Source: Macrostomum lignano (taxonomy: Eukaryota). From it: a stretch of 64,000 nucleotides of DNA. The DNA lies in the NCBI GenBank assembly GCA_002269645.1, contig NIVC01000132.1, positions 62,001 through 126,000 of the forward strand, written 5' to 3'. Position numbers and translations under genes: made by a program. Below, one piece after another: positions 57,001-64,000 of this stretch; position 1 is the stretch's first letter; the number at the start of each line of letters is the position of its first letter. Under the pieces are notes generated by a model that was not told the origin of the DNA, did not search any database, and was given only the letters and a program-made list of their open reading frames with translations.

Positions 57001-58975
57001 AATTGGACCGGGAACACCGCCTAAGCTGCTGCTATAACTGCATTTTCGATTTATAGTTTGCATAGTAGTTGGCGCGTTTGACTTGTAGGTTTACTTGCGC
57101 TCTATGCATGACAGTTTGGTTTTGGAGTAAGCACTTAGTTGTCATGGGTAGCGGACTTCCTCTTAACGATGCAGTTGGGGGGGGGGGGCAAGTCCAACAC
57201 ACTTGATGGTTCTATGTGCATGCAGTAAGGCTTAACACATGGTAAGAATGCGAACTATTTTGTTTGTGTAAGCGGCCTAGGTTAGACGCAAAAAGGCTGG
57301 AGTGCTGCGCTAACAAAGCTCCGCATATAAGTGCGTTTATGTATTAAATAGTTATTTAAAAATCGGCCATAACTGCACTGAGCAGTGAGCACACTTGCTC
57401 AGATGAATCGGTTTTATCTGCTACTCTGCAACAATATATAATGATAGATTGGTCTGTCTGTTTCGATTCAACTCGTCCCAATTCGAGTCCTCAATCTAAT
57501 GCAGAAGGCTAGCCTACCCTGGCCGCTGTTCTAATATGCAAAAAAGCAATTACTGCCAGTCCCCGCGGGCCTCCTGTATTGGCCCCTCCTATAATGGCTA
57601 GTTGGGCCTTGCGTGAAGGGAAATGGGCCGGCCTAGTGCTCTGGTTGGCAACTGCTGGCTATTATAGGATGGGCAATGCGAGGAAAGAGAGATGGAGAAG
57701 ATTTCCACCGTGCCGCTTTCGGCCGAGGATTCGGGCTATCGAGGCCCGGAGAGAGATGGGAGGTTATAAAATGGGATGGGGCTAAGGGGAAGCGGCGAGA
57801 AAATAAAATTATTCCCTCCCCTCTTTTCCCCTCTATAGCTCTTTTCCTAATTTTCAATGCCCTCTACCCAACGATGGGAGGGAGATAGGGATGGCTGGAG
57901 AGGCTGCTCCTGCTGCACTTTAAGAGCTCAAACTCATTCCCTCTGTGCCCAGTCTGGCCTCAAATTTCTAGGCTGTCGTGCGTTCTCTGTCTCTCCCCCT
58001 TATCTATCTTCATCATCCCTCCATCTAGCCCCTCTTTCCCAGGCCTTGCTCCCATCGGGGGCTATAGGATTAGGAAGGCTTGAGATGCTGCCGCCACCGC
58101 CTCCTCCTCTTCCTCGTTTTCCGCGCCTTGTCACATGCCAGCACCATCCGTGCCCCGCGCTATTGCTCTCTCTCTCCATCTCTCTCTTTCTCTCTCTTCT
58201 TTTTTCCTCATCGCGCCCATCAGTCCCATTCCAATCGCTCTTTGGCTTTTCTAATCCATTCCAAGTCCTTCAGGCCGCCCATCCTCCTATCTCTGTCCTG
58301 TCCTGCGTGATGTTTTCAATGGAGTATAGCCGTCATGCCGATAGAAATCATGCCCCTAACCCACTGCCTCTGTTTAGATTCACCCCAGGGCTAAGAAGGA
58401 CAGGCAGAGAGCGGATAGAGGGGGAGGGGGGCGCATCTTTTGAGAGCGGCAGTCTGTTTGACTTTTAACTTATCGATCTGATGAAGCGTTTTGGAGCGAT
58501 GCTGATCCAAATCCCGCACGGTTCTGTTTGCTCTTTGAACTTGAGAGGGAGATGCCGATGCCGCCTCTAGCCGATTGAGTATTTGGGACAAAAGTTTAGA
58601 ATTGCCAGGCATTCACTCTATTGCCATTCTCTGAAATCTTCCATCTGAATTGGCTGGCTGGCTAAATTATTTAATTTCCTCTCCATGCTTGTTTTGGCTT
58701 AACGAAATTTCCTATTCTTGTCCTTTGTTATGAATAACTCAAAAAAACTGGTTGGTAGTCAGCCAGTACTGATCCAGTAGACCCGTTATGCTAAATTTTG
58801 TTGCATTAATTAATTCTAATGCAAAATTACAATTTTTCTGCTAATCGCACGGCAAATGCGGGTCATTTTCCGGCTAAAACTTCAATTTTGTCTAGTCTGA
58901 AAATTGAAATCATTTATAATGCTGAGGTTGTCATTAGCAGCGTGATAAGAATTTGTGTTTTTTGGATTTTTTCAG

Positions 58976-59004
58976 AATTCGTCACTATGATGACCACCAA
59001 GTAA
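58976..59004 (+). CDS. CaM: Alternative (distal) terminal coding exon of calmodulin: EFVTMMTTK*
   Basis: Acceptor TTTTTTCAG| (58975), then AA TTC GTC ACT ATG ATG ACC ACC AAG TAA; phase 1, matching the donor at 52217. Confidence 0.85.
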
Positions 59005-61066
59005 GGGTTGGACTGTGGCGCACCCTCGGCCGTTGATAGCACCCGTCAATCGAAGATCTTAGCAGTGCATTGTGAACACTTGCCGTCACTACAGCCACCA
59101 CCAACACCACCCAATCTAGCGGCGAGTTTTGCTAATGTTAAAAAGTGCAGCATGTACTGTTTCTACCTAGGTTTTTATATCTTCTATTGATCTATTTCCC
59201 TCTGTTTTCTCGATTATAAACAGTTGAGCTCTGAGTAAAGTGATATACAATTTGCATAGTAACAATGTGCACCCAGCCACTAACCCCAACTAAGACAACC
59301 TGAGTGTTAATCTGTACAGTTAAGATTCGCTGTCTCTTGGCTCCGTCTGTCCAGCGTCTGTCCTCCATAGACTAAAAAGTGCAAGCGCAAATAGACTACT
59401 GCCGCAAACAGTTAGTAGTAGGTGTATTTAAAAGAAAGTGATTTTTGAAGAAGAAATGAAAATAATAGAAGATGCAACTGGATGAGCCTACAGCTGTCTG
59501 TATTGTCTGCTATTTGTATTCTGTCTGTCATTTTATCTATATCTTTATCTTTTCCTTTCTGTGTCCCTAAATTTTAACTACTTACTATCAACTTAAATTA
59601 ACAAAAATAGGCAAAATGCGCAGTGAATTTTCCTATGGTATTACTTACTCGCCTGGTCTGCAAAAAAGTAGCATATAGCGAACAAATTGCGGGACGAATT
59701 TTCGCTATTTCGCTTTTTGGCTCGCATTTTTTGATGTGGCGCCGGAAGCGTATCTTTAATATTTTTAATATGCACTTATATTATTTATTAATAATTTATG
59801 CTTTTTTCTGTATCTTATTATAGTTATTCGATAAGAGTTTTTTCCATCTATTTATTATTAATGATAATACTTACTAATATATTAATAGCAATACCCCCTA
59901 AGCATTGTTCTCTCTCTCCCTCCCCAATCTCAGTCATCTGTGCAACTATCTAAGCGCTTATTTAATTGTGTAAAAGTGCAAATGCTTACATTTCCGTCTG
60001 TTCTCTCTATTCTATATATACACATGGCAATAATATGCTAACAGTTTAATTGTTATTACTATGTCTAAATACTGTACGCAAGCAAGGCGACATGCGGGCA
60101 CCCGGACATTCCTCTCTTTGTTGCTGCCATTTGCACTGACTCCAATTCAATAGCGATAGCGTTAGCATATGTTATAAGTCAGGTTTGAAGTCCCCGCTTT
60201 TTTAATATGTCATCTTTAGCCCCTCCCCCCGACTCAAAGAAGCAATACGATGCAGGTATATTAATTACAGACTTGAAGCAGTTTTCCTACAAACATTTGC
60301 TATATTTTTTTCTGCGCTAATTTGCTTTACTCCGGCTTGTCACCTGACGTGCAATGCACCGATTTATATTATATAATCATTTACCATATGATTAATTACT
60401 GCTATTAATCTGTTTCAGCTTCTCTGCCTCATTGTCTAGCAATTTTAATATATATATATTATTTCTATTAGGCCTGATCCCCGAGCCTTATCTATCGCTT
60501 GCTAATAATGTCCTCGGTTAAGTCAAATTTGCCCCCCCCCCCTACCTGTACGAGTACTCGGCAAGCACCAGCAGCACTACTAGCACAGTCAAAGCAAAAA
60601 TATGCACTCAGCGACCGATTGACTGCTCTAGTGTCTTTTCCTCGCTCTCTCTCTTGTTCTCTTTTATCTAAAAAGTTAATTTATTATTGGTCTAAAAGAA
60701 TCATAAAAAACAAAACAGTGTCTTCTGTTCTGCCTAAAATTAAATATTGCTTCTTTTAGTATTGTTTTGACTTTGACTTCTTTTTTAGCATAGCTTATTG
60801 CAAGCTAGTAAGTAGAGCTTGAGAACAAGCCAATTAATCTTCTCAAATGAATCTAATAATATATTAGACTGCAAAATGCATGAGTTGAGCGATTAGATCC
60901 TTCGAGCACACATTTAAGCTTGTGGGCACAGATTCTATAGCATTTTGCAGTCTAGATTGAACCAGAGAATATCTAGCTAAATATCGAATGCGGGATCTAT
61001 TTTTGACCCATAAACTATGACAGCTTGAGCTTGCAACTCTGGCGCCTGACAAATCTCCAGCAACGT

Positions 61067-63428
61067 CAGTATTGGTTTTGACAATCAATATGAGAAAATG
61101 GACAATCAAAATGAAAACAGCCGTAGATCTGCATGCAGCAGCTCAGCTCAGCTTCGCAGCAGCTGCGGCTTAGGCTTTTAGGCTTAGGCTTAAGCTTTTT
61201 GACGATCGAAATGAGAATTGGACAATCAAAATGGCAACGGGAGCAGTGTGCGCGTTTATTTGAATGAAATTTTAACAATAGCAACGAGAAATTGAATTCA
61301 ATTTGTGGACCAGACGATCACAGGGTCGCAGCCTGAAAGGTGAAGAGGTCAGGCGAAGGGTCACAACGCAGCGCGGACCAAATGTGACTGTTTGCATGGC
61401 GATAGTCGCTGAGTTTGACCTCGTGCACTCGTCGGTGTTCCGAGGAGGCCAGACAAATGCCAGATTTCAGATCTTCATCGACGAACTGAGCGAGGAATGC
61501 CACCGTCTTGATGCTGCGGCTTCGTGGATTGTCGTGATGGACGGTCCGCATTTCCATCGAGCAGCGCGCATTCCGCAACATCTGCAGCACGCTGTGTCCA
61601 TCCTAGGGGTGTTCGGGTCGGCCATTTTTTCGGGGTTCGGGGTTTACCCCGAACCCGGTACCCCTACCCCGAACCCCGAACCCCGTCCCGAACATTTCTT
61701 CCAACCCCGAACCCCGAACCCGGTACCAAAACCCGACCCGACCCCGAACGTAACCCCGAACATTTTCACGCTTATTTTGGTCAATCATTTTAATAAATTC
61801 AGTTTTCAATTTTTAATTTTTCAGTTTTTAGTTTTGAATTTCAGTTTTAAATTCAGTTTTATATATTGAGATGTGCCTTAACAGCTTCAACCACTTAGCC
61901 TTGTGGTTTTATTTCCCTTAGCTACTCTACAACTAGGAAAAGAAATATGAAACACTTCTTGCAATGGGATTGGGATTGAGATGGAAGGAATACCAAGACC
62001 CAAGATCTAATAGTAAGATACATGAAAGGTCACAACTAAAATCAGGACCATTTCGTACCTATACTTACAACGAAATTGCTTTCATAGTAATATTACATCT
62101 ATGAGTTTATTTAAGCTGCAAAAATAGAGTACAATAAAATTAGATTATACCCTGTAGTGTAGATATCAGTAGAGATAGAACTAGAGCGATAAAGAGATAG
62201 CACAGATAAAACAATGATACAATGAAACAGGAGAGTTAATCACAAATATATATTTATTTTTACTTTTGATTACAGTTAACAGTAAGTCAGTAGTGGTATA
62301 ACAGAATTGCTTTGTAGAAACTAAAGTGACGTCTTTACATAAAATTGTATGCTGATATGAGTAGGTAATCATTGTGATAATTGATTATTGGCGACTGATG
62401 CGTGGAGAATAATAGTGTATTTATAAATTTTAAGCTTCCTCATCCAATCCAGAAGTTCAGACCATGTTACACGTAGCACATGTAAAATTATTACTGAACG
62501 TAATTTTTTAAATCATCAACTGCAAGACTGAATGGGTCGAAAAACGACAATCGTTATTTACCAGAAAGTGTAAATGAATCCATGGTTCTATCTGCTATTT
62601 CTGTTTCAAATTGTATGTAAAATATAACTTAAGTTGTACCTGAAACTCAATGCATATCTTTCGCAATGTGGATTTTGCATAAGGAGTAAAAAGTGCTTGA
62701 AAATACTCTTGAGAATGATAATTGTTCAAAACCCCGAAAACCCCGAAAACCCGGTGGCCAAACCCGACCCGAACCCCGAACCCGACCCGGAACACCTACC
62801 CCGAACCCCGAACCCGGTACCAAAACCCGACCCGAAACCCGACCCGACCCCGAACCCCGAACACCCCTAGTCCATCCGCATTCTTCCGGGATATTCACCT
62901 TTTCTGAACCCTTCGGAATTCACCAACAGTTGCCTCAAGGCCAAGATCAAAAGCAGACTGGCGCAGCCTGACATCGTTGAGGAAGAGGCAGTTGCCCCAG
63001 AAGGCGTGAACCAGGAAGAGTGGCGTTACATGCTGCTGGAGAGAGTGGCGCGTGAGTCATTGCCTGAAGCCGTGACTCCGGACAAGGCAGCTGCGTGGGA
63101 ATTGCGCTGCTTCGTCAGCTTGGACGCTGCCTTGCTGGGCAGGAGTTCTGAACCTATGCTGCTGGACTGCTGTGTTTCCATCATTTTTCTGACTGTGCTG
63201 CCATTTCTGTTGTCAATTTCTCGTTTCTATTGTTAAAATTTCATTCAAATAAACGCGCACACTGCTCCCGTTGCCATTTTGATTGTCCAATTCTCATTTC
63301 GATCGTCAAAAAGTCTATGGCCTAAGCCGCAGCTGCTGCGAAGCTGAGCTGAGCTGCTGCATGCAGATCTACGGCTGTTTTCATTTTGATTGTCCATTTT
63401 CTCATATTGATTGGCAAAACCAATACTG
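61067..63428 (+). mobile_element. Internally deleted IS630/Tc1-superfamily transposon with ~230-bp TIRs, interrupted by a hAT element
   Basis: TIRs CAGTATTGG... at 61067-61297 and 63212-63428. Transposase remnant FNLWTRRSQGRS...RGPNVTV...VVMDGPHFH rejoins to LPGYSPFLNPSE once the insertion is removed. Confidence 0.85.
61604..62869. mobile_element. Non-autonomous hAT element with (CCCGAAC)n subterminal repeats
   Basis: TIR TAGGGGTGTTCGGG / CCCGAACACCCCTA; perfect 8-bp TSD GTCCATCC (61596-61603 and 62870-62877). Confidence 0.92.
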
Positions 63429-64000
63429 AAAGCATCCAATGGAATCACTCATCCATAGTAAAAGCTGCATGAGCTTTAGCATTCGATATTTAGCTATAGA
63501 TATGATTTTCATCTTTAGTATTAAGATTGCAATCTGTAGAGCGTTATGGACAAGCATACAAACCTTAGAGATTTAGTATATTTAGATTCTCTGGTTTGAA
63601 ACTTTCAGTTCACAAGCGTCTGAATTACTCGTAATTGCCCGCTGTTCAAAATGGACTGCAAGATGCTATACGCATCAGATTAAACATGCCTTTAGAGGGA
63701 TTTATGAAAATAACTCCCTCAAAATGCATGTGTAATCTCGTATAAACCATAGACATAAAGACTTTACAGGATATTATTGAATTAAGTTGAGAAAACTCAA
63801 AATCAACATTTTAGTTTCTTAGACTTTTGCCAATGCATTTCGACAACAATCGGTCATCTTCAGCAGGGCAGACGCGTCAATTAATCACGCAGAACCATGT
63901 TATATATATTTATTAAGGAAATGAAAACTGTACAATACCAAGTGCAAATCAATTTCGGTCCAATCCGGTTAACAAGAGAAAAAAACCTGAATAAAGTTCA

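Noticed and set aside
58819-59004. 61-aa ORF ending EFVTMMTTK as an independent gene or second calmodulin gene
   Set aside because: Only the last 9 codons are calmodulin-like and they follow a splice acceptor; no other CaM exons occur between 54042 and 58976.
61168-61192. TTAGGC repeats as an interstitial telomere
   Set aside because: Only 3-4 imperfect units inside a transposon TIR, reduced in the other TIR copy; best explained as local slippage.

Overview
Eukaryotic (metazoan, invertebrate) genomic DNA. GC-rich exons with poly-Ala/Gly/Pro tracts and introns packed with minisatellites suggest a free-living flatworm such as Macrostomum; this is an inference, not verified. Hand-assembled genes: a two-exon class A peptide GPCR (-), an intronless divergent PP1-like Ser/Thr phosphatase (-), a three-coding-exon secreted neuropeptide precursor (+), a prohormone/granin-like ORF lacking a visible 5' end (+), a 59-aa ORF with a GADD34/ICP34.5-type PP1-docking motif (-), a divergent YY1/Pho-like C2H2 factor (+), and calmodulin (+). 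The calmodulin gene appears to have two duplicated alternative terminal exons (EFVRMMTTK* and EFVTMMTTK*). Mobile DNA: a Ty3/Gypsy (Mag-like) LTR retrotransposon with identical LTRs but two frameshifts, two copies of a tRNA-derived SINE, mariner and IS630/Tc1 remnants each interrupted by a hAT-type element with a perfect 8-bp TSD, further MITEs and a Helentron/HINE-like element. About 20 different tandem arrays explain most long ORFs in the ORF track. No CRISPR array or rRNA was found. All alignments and motif comparisons were done by eye or from memory.
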